This document shows positions 39,522 through 52,921 of a stretch of DNA of 61,371 nt, piece by piece. Source of the DNA: Paramecium tetraurelia (lineage: Eukaryota); assembly GCA_000165425.1 (NCBI GenBank), contig CT868307.1:434001-495371 (forward strand), given 5' to 3'. A model generated the notes under the pieces. The model searched no databases. It was not told the origin of the DNA and saw nothing but the letters and a program-made list of their open reading frames with translations. The stretch's first letter is position 1. Each line of letters begins with the position of its first letter. Both the position numbers and the translations under genes were made by a program.

Positions 39522-41520
39522 TATTCAATTTTTCAGAAATTATAAAATAATCCAATTTATGAGTCTTCCATTAATTATGTATTGTTTAATAATTTTATAA
39601 TCATTTTTAATTTCATGAGACAAGGATTGGTACGATTTTGTTGCAAATTTACATTAGACCTTGAGCTTATGAAAATGATAGGTACTCAAGGAGTTGGTTA
39701 AAGTATTTGTGTGTTACATATTACAATTAAGACCAAGTGTCTTACAAAATATTTATATTTGCTTTTGGAAGTTAGACAATCAGAGAATTCTGTTTATTAT
39801 TTTTTGAGATCATAACAAATTAAGACTCCCTTCTCTTACTAAGTTATGAAAGGTTTTCCATTCAAATACTTAATTAAAATAGGCAGAAGCAGATTTTGGA
39901 GATAAAACAGAATGACAGAAATTTATAAAATCTAATAAAAATTTACAACCATTCAAATTTATGATGTTTTTTTTTTTGTCCAAAAAATGAATAAAATATG
40001 CAGAAATATTGTGATAACCACTATATTGAAGGTTCAATCTATTATCTAACTTTACTTAGTAAAAATTGTCTTATGAAGAATAATCATAGGTATAGTTAAA
40101 ATTAGGACAGAGTTGAAATTGATATCCATATATAATAAGGAAACTTAAAAAAATTTGAACCAATTCAACAAATAATAGAATTATTTATTATGAAATACTT
40201 GGAATTCTATTTCAGTTTACGTATTATCATAAATTATCTAATTGTAGTATTATTATGATATTGAAGTATACATTGTCTATTGCGATCTAAACGAAATAAT
40301 ACGATAACACAATTACAGTGTTTATACAATATACTATCTTGGTTATTGAAATTATCATTATATGAAAGGATTAAATTATAATATTAGAAAATAAAATTAT
40401 TAATGTTGAATAAAGTATGGCTATAATTTCAAAGTAATAACTCAATATGTGGATTTTCTTAGTATTATTTATGGTGTGCTCTCAAATTACTATTAATATC
40501 AATTTGAATTATAAGATAATTTGAAAGTAAAATAAGAGAGATTTGGTAAAGAAATTGAAAAAATCATGAATTTCCTTAATAATTGAACATCTGAAGGTGA
40601 GATAGAATAGGGCTCTGAATTTTAAGCACCTATTAATTTAATCTATCGAGGATGAGACTACCTAATGTTTCATTATAAATTGGCCATCAATTTAATTGTA
40701 CCTTTCCTTGAAGTTTTCCTATAGTGGAAGGAGTAGGCCAAAATTTAAATTATTTTGTGTTGTCAAATTTGAACTCAAAAGATTAAGTTTATTTATATTA
40801 ATAATAATTACAATTTATAATTATATACTAAATTAATTGCCATTTTTAATTACAAAATATTAAAAAATTTAAGTGTTCCTTTTTTCACAAAGATACTAGT
40901 TTTTGGTATCAGTGATGCAATTTAAAATCATCTTGTATGGGAAGCAAAAATTAATTAACTTAAGATTCAATTTCAGAAAACAAAGAGAGAAGCAGAATGA
41001 AAATAACTTGATCAATTATATATGAAAAATTTGTCATTAATAAAAATAAATAATGTTTTCTATTAAATAATATTGATTTTTGAAGCATTATATATTAACC
41101 CGTGAGTGTTTTTTTATTTACAAATTTTAGCTTTCAGATATTAAATTTATTATCGTTCGATGCAGTACTAAATTTGTCTTAAACTATTTACGAATTCTTA
41201 TCTATTTAAATTTATGCTTAAACGGATAAACGAACTTATAAATGACATCGATACAATTTTTATATACCTTTTAATATAATTATTTGTAATCCCCATATTA
41301 TTAATAAATACTATTTAATTATCAAAAATATTAACTTATTATTAGTAACTTTATATTACTAATCAGTTTCAGAATTTACTAGAATGAAGACGATATTATG
41401 ATTCTGTTTGTAAGATTTGCAGTCTAATTCTCCACAAGAAACCAGAAAGTAATAAATGATATTAATCGTTATTATTTACAATAGTAATAATAAAGTTTCT
41501 TTTCAGTATTAAATAATAAA

Positions 41521-43191
41521 ATGAATCCCCAAAAAATTACTAAAAATAAAAATGATCATCATGTGCCCAGTAATTTTGAAATGGAGGATTTAATGGGTAA
41601 GGCTCTAATAATAGTATTTATAGTGGTTTCTCAAGAGATTGCAATCAAAGAGTTCTATCATTTTATTGAAAAAACATCTTTTATTTAAGAAAATTTTGAA
41701 ATGTTATCTAAAGTTGGTGATAATTTAAGGTTGGATTTTAAAGATTGGCCGACAGCTGAATAGGCTATTGCATTGTTTGAGCTTAATCTGTACTGTAATA
41801 TTCAAATTTTAAGGTAAAATGGAAGAAAGAAATCCATAAAGTGGAGTGAGACCGAAAAAAAGTTGTTTTATTGGATAGTAATCCGATATTGTTTACATAA
41901 AGGGTTGAAGGATAATAGATTTATAGTAAATGATTTATTAACTTTACAGAAATATGAGGAATGGAGAGAAATTTCTAAAATAGTTTTAGGAAGGAATGCC
42001 CATTAGTGTCGATTGAAATGGGAATAAAGATATCGAGTTCCATTATCTTAAATACCTTGGACAGAATAAGAGGATTAATTGTTATTTTCAGTACATGAGT
42101 AAGAAATGATTTGATATTTAGAGAGTTTATGAAATCGGGCAGGGAGAACAAATGGTCCCAAATAGCAAAAGAAATATTCAAGCGATCCTCAACCAAGGTG
42201 TTTAGATAGCCGAAATAATGTAGAGAGAGATGGATAAATAGATTAGATCCAAACATATCTAAGTATCAAATATATATAAATTAGTGTGCCTTGGGATAAA
42301 TAATAAGAGATCGATTTATTGAAGATGATTTTGATAAGAGGTAAGAAATGGTCTGAATTATCCATCCTATATGGTAGGGCCAGAACTGAAAACACTTTAA
42401 AAAATAAATATAATTCATTGATAAAGAGAGAGATTTAGAAATAAGAGATTAATTGTATTAATCCAATCTTATTTGAGAAAGTATAAACTTTAAGATAGAG
42501 TTATTCAAAAAAATATGGTATAGCAACACCGATTGAAGAAATAGACAACTTTGAATGCCAATTTATTCTCTTAGCTATTAAAAATTTATATGTGGAACTT
42601 TATTTATAAGACGGAAAAATTGCAGAGGCATAAAAGATAAATAATGACGAGTTCTTTGATTACCTTCCCGATGACTATTTATAGGTTAACACTAATTAAA
42701 GATTTTTATATAAGAAGAATTTGAATATTAAAAAGGTTGATTCCAATTTTTATGCAAAAAACGATCATAGCAGTCTAGTTATTTTTAACAAACGAAATAA
42801 AAGAATCTATTTAACTCCATACAATGTATTGGATTTCTCAGATATTATACTAAATACTATACTAAAAAGAGTTAATCTTGACAATAATGCTCTTAAAAAT
42901 GTAAAAGAATAGAGTTCTTCAATAAATCAACCTAATTTCATACTCGCAAATCAATAAAACTGCATAATTCCTTTTTAATAGATGCTACATAACTATGTAT
43001 TTGTTCCAAACTGTTTTGCATAATCAATATCATCCTAAACAAGTAATTCATTTTAATTTTGTACTTTGCAATAAAGCCAGTAATATGATTAATTGAGAAG
43101 TATTGATTTAAGCTATTTAAACAATTAAAAAGATCTGATTAATTCTATAGGAGTAGATATCAAAACTGTAGATTCAAGCGATGAGATTTGA
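41521..43191 (+). CDS. Myb-domain transcription factor (multiple repeats)
   Basis: WSETEKKL, RNAHQCRLKW, PWTEQEDQLL, QCRERWINRLDP, RTENTLKNKYN; several tiny introns. Confidence 0.9.
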
Positions 43192-43345
43192 CTTCAAATA
43201 GTGTATAAATTTTAGATAAATTTATTATTCTATGTATACTATTATAAAATAATTCCATTGATTAACACAGCATTATTTATATATATATATTTCATAAAGT
43301 AGAATATTTGAAGATAAATTGATTCATCTCAGTTTATTTATGTGT

Positions 43346-45677
43346 TCATGCTAATTATAATTTTGGTTCAATTTCAGTAAGCATCCTTTTTAAATTACTA
43401 TATTTATTCACTTAGACTGTTTTATGACATGGTAAACTATCCTCCATAGCAGACTTTCCTTTTTTGTTTAATTTCTAAGTTTATTTCTACTCCAATTCTT
43501 AATTTATTTAATCCTCTGCATCACAAATATTTTCATTTTTATTAAAATAAAATTCTTTTAGAATGATTTCTTTAGGAAAGTTTTCTTATACGCTTTTTTG
43601 TAAAGGCTTGATAAATTACAAAAATTCAGCCTCCCCCTTTCCAAACTCTTTTTCATCAAAATTGAGAGCAAAATAATCAGGAACATATGGTGGACGAATC
43701 TTTTTAGAATTAATATCAGTATATAAATTTGAATCTCCCCATTAAGTCATCCAAGGGTGTTTTAAAACAGTATCGATGGAATCAATTCTATCATTAGGAT
43801 TTTTTGCTAATAGATTTGTCAAAAGATGTTTAATTGATGATGATAATTATAATTAAGGTGGGAAATTTAATTTCTAATTTAAAATTCTCTAATAGATTTC
43901 TTCAAGATTTCTTGAATAGAAGGGAGGGAGCCCTGTTATTAATTCGTAAAGCAATGCTCCTAAACAATACAAATCTAATTAAAAAGTATGCCCACATTTT
44001 AATAGCATTTCTGGTGCCATATATTCAGAGGATCCACAAAAAGAGTATGCATTTTCAGTTTCAATTATGTTGGGCTTAGACAATCCAAAATCAGCTATTC
44101 TGATATGTCCATCCATATCAATTAATATATTTTCAGGTTTAATATCTCTGTAAATAATGTTGTTATAATGCAGAGTTTTCATTCCTAAACAAATTTCAGA
44201 GAAATAAAAAAAAGCATCTTTTTCACTCATTCTTTTAATCTATATAAATATAATTTAGTACTTTTCTCAGTAAAAAGAAGAGTTCACCTCCTGAACAATA
44301 TTCTAAGACAAAGACAAAGAATCTTCTAGATTCAAATGCGTAATACATTTTAACTACAAAAGGATCGTCTATCAAACACATGATATCTCTTTCATTTTGA
44401 ATGATTTTTGATTTATTTTATTAAATAATTGGACCTTTCTCGATCAATTTCATAGCAAAAAATTTCCCTGTTTATCTTTATCTAACCAAATAAACTTTCG
44501 AAAATCCGCCCATTCCAATACATCTTATAAATTCAAAATCTCTGAGACTCACTCTGGAAGGTTAAATTTCATTCTCAATTTCAAAAACAGGTTCTATTAA
44601 CAAGGGTTTTATTGAACATTAATCTAAAATTAATAAAGATTTTTCAGTCATAGACAAAATATAGTCTGCTGGGATGGATAAATTGCAAGTTTAAATTCCT
44701 ATGATTTTTTATTTAAAGTTTTCCAAATTTTTATGGATTTCTTACTTAACAATATCGACCAAATGTTGAATAGTTTGGGTGGATATATCAACTTATAATT
44801 TTATCTTGAGCATTTTGTATTGTAAAACCAGTAGAAGAATGGGTTTCTTCCTATTAATATTAATTGAAAAATACCTTGCAGTAAGGGTTTCATTTGATTG
44901 AAATTCAATAGGAGCTTCTTTCAGAGTATTAAATTAGAGAATAGGTGTTATTGCTATTCTATTATTAATGGAATGAGTATCATTCTTATATAATGAATTC
45001 TTCTAAGTGCTCTATGGACGAAACGAACCTTGAGATTTATGAAATTAATTGTTATATAAGGTCTCTAGTTATTATTTTTATTAAATGTCTAATACAGGTA
45101 TGTCTGTATGTTATTTTAGAGATAAAGAATTCTTTTTTAATGATTTTGTTTGCAAGTTTTCTTAAAACTTCTGATAAAATTATTAAATCAATGTATGCTC
45201 TTTATTTTCTTCAATTTCTATTCCTATTCCTAAATTTTAGAATAAAGGATTTTAATTAGAATAAGGCTAAGTTTTTATGTGATTGGAAAACTAGTGTTGA
45301 TATTTACTTTTTAAATTGGATTGGAAAAATATTGGATTTGAACTTAAATTTTGTGGAGAGATAAAGCCTTTGGATATAAGGAGATCTTATTATTGAAATT
45401 TTCGAATAGTTTTCCTCAGATAATAGTTCGAATATATTACTATTATTATAATTATTGAAGATTAGAAGAGGAACCATTCTAACTAAGTAAAGGGCGTTAT
45501 TCAATAGAAACTTGTTTGTTAGTCTATGAAAATTTAGAATTTGATTACTTTGAAATCAAATTAAAAAGTGGGAGATTTAGAGACTTTAGGTTAGTCTCTT
45601 TGGGTAGGATAAGCCAGAAGTTTCGAAGGGGATACTTCTGATGAATAAGTTTTGTGATGTAATCTTTTGGGAGGCAT
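43346..45677 (-). CDS. AGC-group Ser/Thr kinase with long N-terminal extension
   Basis: GMGGFSKVYLV, AMKLIEK, YRDIKPEN, ADFGLSK, CGSSEYMAPE; AGC tail IRPPYVP...NFDE. Confidence 0.92.
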
Positions 45678-45707
45678 ATTAATAAATGAATTTATATATA
45701 TTAATAA

Positions 45708-46848
45708 TCATAACAATGGTTTCGACATTATTTCTGCACCTTTGGTCTTTTCAACAACAAAATTGGCAGTTACTTATCCAACTCCTAAGAATATCATAAA
45801 TATTATTCCAATTTAGATTGTGAACTCAGGATATAGTGCAATTGCAGGGCCAGGACATAACCCTCCTATGCCCCATCCCATTCCAAATATAGCAGCCCCA
45901 AGCACAAGCTTCAAATCAACTGTCTTATTAGTTGGAAGTTCGAATTTGGTATTGAATACTGGTTTGTCCAAGATTCTAAAAGTTATGAAATTGACCCCCA
46001 CAGCTGTAATCATTACAAAAGCAAGACTTGCTAAAGATACAAAAATAAATTACGATCCCAAATATCACTAATAGTTAAGAAGCTAATAATCTTCAATCTC
46101 TGAACCATTCCTGAGATAACCAATCCTAGTCCAAAAATGAATCCAGTTAGAGAAGCCACGGCAACATCAATTATCTTTGATTTATCTTATATATTTTATA
46201 ACACAAAGCATAACACTATGAGTGCTACACTTGTGCATAAAAATACTGTGGATATAATGGAATAGTCATAAGCAGAAAAGATGTTATCAGAAGGACCATA
46301 GAAGTCTTTATTTATTACTAAAGGAAAAGTCAGAATTTATTCTTACCCCAATATCTGAAGGTTGCAGTTATGAATCCCATTCCCATGAATGTACCTACAG
46401 CTACAAATGATCTTATGGACAATCTAGGCAATCCACATACTCCATGTCCACTTGTACAACCATTCCCCATCTTTGTTCCAAAACCTACTAAAAACCCACT
46501 TAAGACACTTCCTCCCCAACCAATTCCTGTCAACAATTATTCTGAGTTATATGAGGGGGATGCACCATACAAAATAGATGATTATCTAAATTAGTTTAAA
46601 TATTTATACCCGTTGTCATAAATTTTGAACATTATACAGGAGGCCAACATTACGGAACTCATAAGACTTAATTTCCAATTCCAGCTTCCTTTATCAAAAG
46701 TTATCAAACTATAGTATATTCCACTAAATCCTGTTACTCTACCCATCAACATGTAATGGATGCTTGTCGCCAATCCTATCAAAAGTCCTCCAATCAAAGC
46801 TAAGTATACATCTTCTGGATTCCAACAGATATTATTGCAATAACTCAT
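45708..46848 (-). CDS. YeeE/YedE-family (sulfur-compound transporter-like) membrane protein, two halves fused
   Basis: [11 protein letters not shown]...[71 protein letters not shown]; tiny introns. Confidence 0.88.
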
Positions 46849-47061
46849 TTAATTTATTAAAAGATTTATTTGCCTTTTTACAATTTTAATAGTTAAATTA
46901 ACTATGCATCACATTTATTTTTAGATTGATTTCTTATTTCCTATATTATTTAATTACCAATTCATTTATAATAGAATCATCTATAAAGTATACTTTTAAT
47001 ATGGTTATCATTATCTAATATTAAATTTAATTCATATTAAAATTTGAATATTTTATTATTT

Positions 47062-48913
47062 ATGATTGAAAGAAATCGAGTTTCTAGTCAATAAAAGCTT
47101 CCAACCTTAGACTTATCGTCTACAAATCGAGGAACCGCAGACAAGTTGAAAGTTAATGTAAAAAAATTTCCCATTTAAATAGATTACAATTTAATCAGGA
47201 GATGCTTAGTTCATCAGTTTTCGATCTTTAAATGAAAAAAATCCTAGATTTCCCTTACCTCACAATTCAGTTGATTCCTCCTCTAATTTGAATTCAAGCA
47301 TTTAGAATGATTTAAGTTAGAATAAGAAAATAGTTTAATTATTGGGCAATACCCTCTACCGCTAGAAATTTGAATATTAGGAAGTCCAAGAAACCTTAAT
47401 AGTAATTCATTCAAATATGTTTAGAAAAAAATGAGAACAATGACTAGAATGTAAAAATATGTAAAGCGAATACCCCATAAAGTAGAACCATTTTAGAACC
47501 TAGAGAAAATTGCTTAAATAACCCAATAATAATAAGTAAAAAAAAAAGTTTCATTTCCAATGTTTTATAACGGTGCCTTCTTCACCAAACTTTAGCATAC
47601 TTGGATACCAACTGTAAGAGAAAATACAATGGCAGCAGACTATTAAAAGAGAATATACATGTTTGGTGGAATAGGAAGTGAAGTCTTTGGAGATATGATT
47701 GAATATGAAATATAATTTGGGAAATTTAGAGAACTTAAATAAAAAGGAGATATTCCATTAAATAGATATGGACATTGTTTGCATTGCATAGGCTACCCTA
47801 TGCTTTTATCTACTTAATTTTCCTACGACAATCAATAATAAAATCCTATTAATGGAAGGCAACTAATTATTTACGGAGGAGAGATGCAATTTAACTCTGC
47901 GTTAAAAATTAGAGAAAATTTGAGTGACACCAGAATCTATGATATTGAAACAGAAACGTGGCAATTACTCAAACCAAATATAGAGTGTATACCAGAGAGC
48001 AGACGATCATTTGGAAGTTGTATCATAGGACGAGGCTTATTAATTATGGGAGGCATTAGAAGTAGATTCACAGTATTTAATGATCTTCATTATTTAAATC
48101 TAAGTAATTAACTTAATTAATGTAGGTTTATGCAAATGGGCTCCTCTTGAAACATAAAAGAATCCTTTTATAAAAGGGCTTGCATTTTAGTAATTAATTT
48201 GTGTCTATAACAAACCTTAGTATATCTTCGAAAAAAGAGAAACACGGTCTAAATAATTAAAAAATTAGGATTATGAAGGAGTCTATTGTTTTGGTGGATG
48301 CTTTATTGATGAAAATAAAAACACTTAATATTATAGCAATTTTTTAGCAATTTTGAAATTCGATCAACCATTTAATAATTGGGTTATACCTGAAATTACT
48401 GGTAAACCTCCCCTTCCCAGAATCTAACATACTGCTTCCTATATTCAAGATATGAATATTATTGTCATCTTTGGAGGAAGAGATGATTAAAAAATCAACC
48501 CATATTTTAATGATTTATTCGCTTTCAAAATCTTAGATCGAGAATGGATCCAGCTAGACATCTTTGGGAGCATTCCTCGACCAAGAGCTGCACATACTGC
48601 TTCAGCTTACAAAAGCTAGATTTTATATTTTGGAGGTGTTAATCTAAATGGGTATGTAGAATTTTCTGTAAATATTGCTGAATTTAGTTAAAATTAAATT
48701 CGTTAATTGGCAGCTGAATATAGGCCGAATGACTAAAGAAATGATTAAGAATTAGAAAAGGAAGAATAATAACCCTAGTCTATTATTAATAAACAATATT
48801 TTTCTTTACATTCAATTAACCCTGCACCTTTAAAGAAACTAACTAAAGCTGAAGAATTAGACTTGTAAATAAAACAACTGTCCTTTCAAAATTTTCCAAA
48901 GCATCTTAAATGA
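47062..48913 (+). CDS. Kelch-repeat protein
   Basis: IYMFGG, RYGHC, IIYGG, LIMGG, RIQHTA/VIFGG, RAAHTA/YFGG; tiny introns. Confidence 0.88.
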
Positions 48914-48941
48914 ACTGTAATTTATATAATTATTATATAAG

Positions 48942-51537
48942 TCATTCATTATTTAGAGTCTTCATATAAAATAGTCTTAGTTTCAGCGCTTTTAATTTTA
49001 CTTTATAAAAAAAACTATACTTTTTCATACTTTAAATATATTTTTAAACTTTTTTTTGATATTTAGAATTAAAATTTTCCAATTACTGAATAATGCACTC
49101 TACATTCCCTTAAGGAAAGTAATTCTCATAGGATTAATATTGATCGCATTAAATTGGACAATGAAACCATTTATTATTACTTATTAAATCATCCAACATA
49201 TTAAACTCCTTAACTTAATTATTCGATTCCCTTTTATTTAGTTTCAAACAAGGAAAATCTTAATCTTGATTTGTAATTTGATCTACTTTGATTAATACTC
49301 TGTTCAAGGAACCTTCTGCAAACAATTACTTTGCTTACTCATAGTCTCCGTCATCCAGCATAATACCTGTAGTTTTTTTATGCTCAGTGTTTAATTCAGA
49401 GTAATTATTACTTTTTGACCTCTGAGCTGCTATGGCAACTTGTAAGGAATTCGAAACCTGATAACCGTAATTATCTTCTAAAAACGAATTAACTTATTAA
49501 CTAATCTATTAATATTAAAATAGTGTATTAACTTTACTTCGTCTTCTAATAACTTTTAACCTGTTTGTTTCATTTGATTATTAAGCCATTTTCAGAATCC
49601 TTTATTCTAAATCTGGCTTGTATGTTAGAATGGGGCAATCAATTTCTTAATGATTGTATCTATCACAAAATTGACATTATATATCAAATATTCGATAATT
49701 CGAATTGAAAATTATTTAATCTTTGATATAATGAAATTTTTCAAAATCTTTTCTGTTAAATTGCAAAATATCTAGAAAATCTTATCTACTAATTTTATAG
49801 ATGTTAGAAAAGCCAACGCTGATAGCAGAAGACTTAGGTGGAAAATTAGTAAAAAATTAATATATCCCAAAAGGTTAATTTAATTACAGTTTTGTGAATT
49901 TCATCTTGCTCGATTCATCAATAATATCAACTTCCCCCTCCTTGATGAAATACAGGTTCTTAGCAGAAATTTCACCTCTTTTATAAATATAATCGCCAGG
50001 TGTATAATTTACTAATTCCAACATTTTCGATAACTCTTGCTAAGTTCTTTTAGAAAAATGGTTGATCACAAATTTATCTTTATTGATAACCTTAGTTTAT
50101 ATATCAGTATTTAAATCTTATTATAGATTCTTAGGTAATAAGGAAATTAAATTATTAACATCCTCTTAATTCTCATTTTGTTCCTATTCTATATAATATT
50201 TCAAATAATTTCTAATTCTGCTCTAAATTTAAGGTTCTACTTAGTTCTTACTCATAAATGTATTCATTTACAGCAAAGATCTTTTATATTTTATTTTTGA
50301 GTCTTGTAGATTCTTTAAGATCATTCCTATTGAATTCATTGAATAAGCAAAAACTCCACTGGACAAAAACATAATAATATCTACATAAATAATTTCTAAC
50401 TAACTTTGTGCTGTTATATCACCGTATCCAACCGTAGTCATTGTCATTGTTGCCCAATAGAAAGAATAATTATATTATTTCCATAGAGATTCATTGATTA
50501 ATTGATATCTTATTAGCCATGAAGTTTCTTCAGATTTTATTCCAACATAATGCCAAAAACATGCTACAATATGTGCAAAAAAATATATTGAAAAGATCAA
50601 ACTTAACAAATCCATTAAAAAGCTTGAGGACCCTTTAAAAAAGGCAAGCAAAAAATAATCAGATAAATACTTTTAAATCTTCCTGTATGTTACAATTAAC
50701 TAACAAAATGTAATGAATTCACCCAAGATTTAATATTATACCAAATCTTATTAAATCATAATCCATAAAGCCAAGTTCATAAGGTCATTGCCTGCAGTTG
50801 TTTAAGTATATTATTCGATCAATTTTCTTCTCTTTTTAATCACAATTCCTTGGATTATGATTCCTTTATTTAAGGTTACAACAATATCGCTGATTAAGAA
50901 TATAATAATGAATAATTAAAGGGCTGAAAATGAGATCAAATCAGATTAAGATTAAAAGGATAATAGGAATGGACTAAGCCAGAGGATCATAAAATTAATA
51001 ATTGTTCCAATTGCATCCCATATGATAATAAATCCACTTGTTGGTGAAATCACAGGTATGCTTGATTAAGAAAATGTTGCTTTAAAATTAAAAAATTTAA
51101 ATACCTAAAATTGGTTATTTTATGCTTTATTTAATATACTTATCATGAATCAGCTATTTTTTATTTTGTCTTAACACATATGAATTTGTAAACAGATTAT
51201 TAATAAATTGTTATTTCATTCTTTCAGCCTTCAGAGCCTTTAAAAAGTTTGTATGAATCCAGATACTATCAAATTTAGTCTTTTTCAATGTTGTATTAAC
51301 AGTATTAATTTCACTAGTCATTTTAATTTTTTAGTTTAGTTATTCCTATAGAATCATTCTAGGTTGTTTAGAATTGTTGCGAGTATGTGATTTGCTTCGA
51401 TTTTAATCAACCATTTATCTACTACTATCATCCGAGATTTCAGATAATCTAGAAGCTGACTCACTCTTGCTGCTGATTTACCTAGTAAACATTCGAGGAT
51501 TAGGATTAGATTTCAAATGTGAATTATGATGTTACAT
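48942..51537 (-). CDS. K+ channel with cyclic-nucleotide-binding homology domain (EAG/CNG-like ciliate family)
   Basis: Pore YSFYWATMTMTTVGYGDI (about 50410-50470), HIVACFWH, C-linker, CNBD IYTPGDYIYKRG...LYFIKEGEVDI. The start codon is the best guess. Confidence 0.9.
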
Positions 51538-52921
51538 ATTAATTATAATTATAATTCATCTTTTTTTTCCACATTTGCAAGTGGAATCTCTAAATCCTTT
51601 AATTATTCACACTTTTTTTGAATCCTTAATCTGATTCTGAATAAGATTTAACGAAAAAATAACAAATATAATATTCATAAAATTCTGAATCTAATTATCC
51701 TTAAATAATGAGCCATTGTTTCTTAATTCTTTAACTAAATAATCTCTGCTTTACTTTATAATTTAAAATCCAAACTGAATTCGAACACTCTCATTCAAAA
51801 TTCTTTTTTAGACCCTCATTAATATTGCTTTTAACTTTTCTTTTTCTTATCTGTCTAACAATTATTTTAACTTTAATAAAATGATTTTCAATGTCTAAAT
51901 TTATTCTAATTATGTTTCTTAATTTTTTTACGTTTCTGATGACTTTTTATTTTCTTAAATTAATATAAGTCAATAATCAATGTCTTAAGGGTCAAATTCA
52001 CGTCTTAAAGATATCTGGGCAAAAAAATTTTGTTTTTAGTTAAATTAGATTAGATTTTTTTCAAATAATGGTTTAATCAATTATCTTAGCTTCAGTACAT
52101 TCCATTAACCTTAAATTTATTGGGATTATAGCTTATTTAATAGTTTCAACATAACAGATATATTAGGTACTATTTATTATAAATCTCAAGAATTTAAAAT
52201 AAATTTAAATATAAAATTTCGAAAGTTAGTTAATTATTGAGGCTATCTAGAATAGAATCTCAATATTAATAATGTATTATCAAAATTTAAAGGTTTTAAA
52301 CTTTGTTCTGTATTTATAATCTGCTAAAAACTAAAATTACTCCTTTAAATTATATGCAATATCCTTATAATTTTATAAATTCATATATTTACTAAATATT
52401 TCTGAAGGCTAATTTAAAAATAGAAATTCAACTATTCTTGGAAATGAGTGAAATTTCAGCATTATAATAAATCAATTTTGAAATAAACCAAGAATTAATG
52501 TGTACTTGAGAGGAATAATGATAATCAGGAAAGTATTGTTTAATATCTGAAACTCATATCCCAATATTTAAACGAAACAAAAATTGCTTTGAGTACAATA
52601 ATCTAAATGTTCTCCAAAGCTTGATATTTCATTTAATAATTCTGGATTAATAAGTCATAAAGACAAGAAGGCTTCACCAGAAAATTTTAGATTACTTCAA
52701 CAATTAACCTGTTATAAGAGAAGATATCCAAATCATAGGAATGATATATAATAAATGAAGTTTCCACACAAGTGCAAATTTCTACATTTATCTTTTGTAA
52801 CTTTAAGAAGTTGATTTAATGAATTGTATCATCTGAACTAGATCTTTATTATTCGAATTTACTTAAACTCCAATATTATTTGCTAATCCATTATCTATAT
52901 TATAAAACATTATTTTATTTA

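Noticed and set aside
46330..46332. In-frame TGA in the YeeE/YedE gene (possible Sec)
   Set aside because: It lies inside a 29-nt GT..AG intron.
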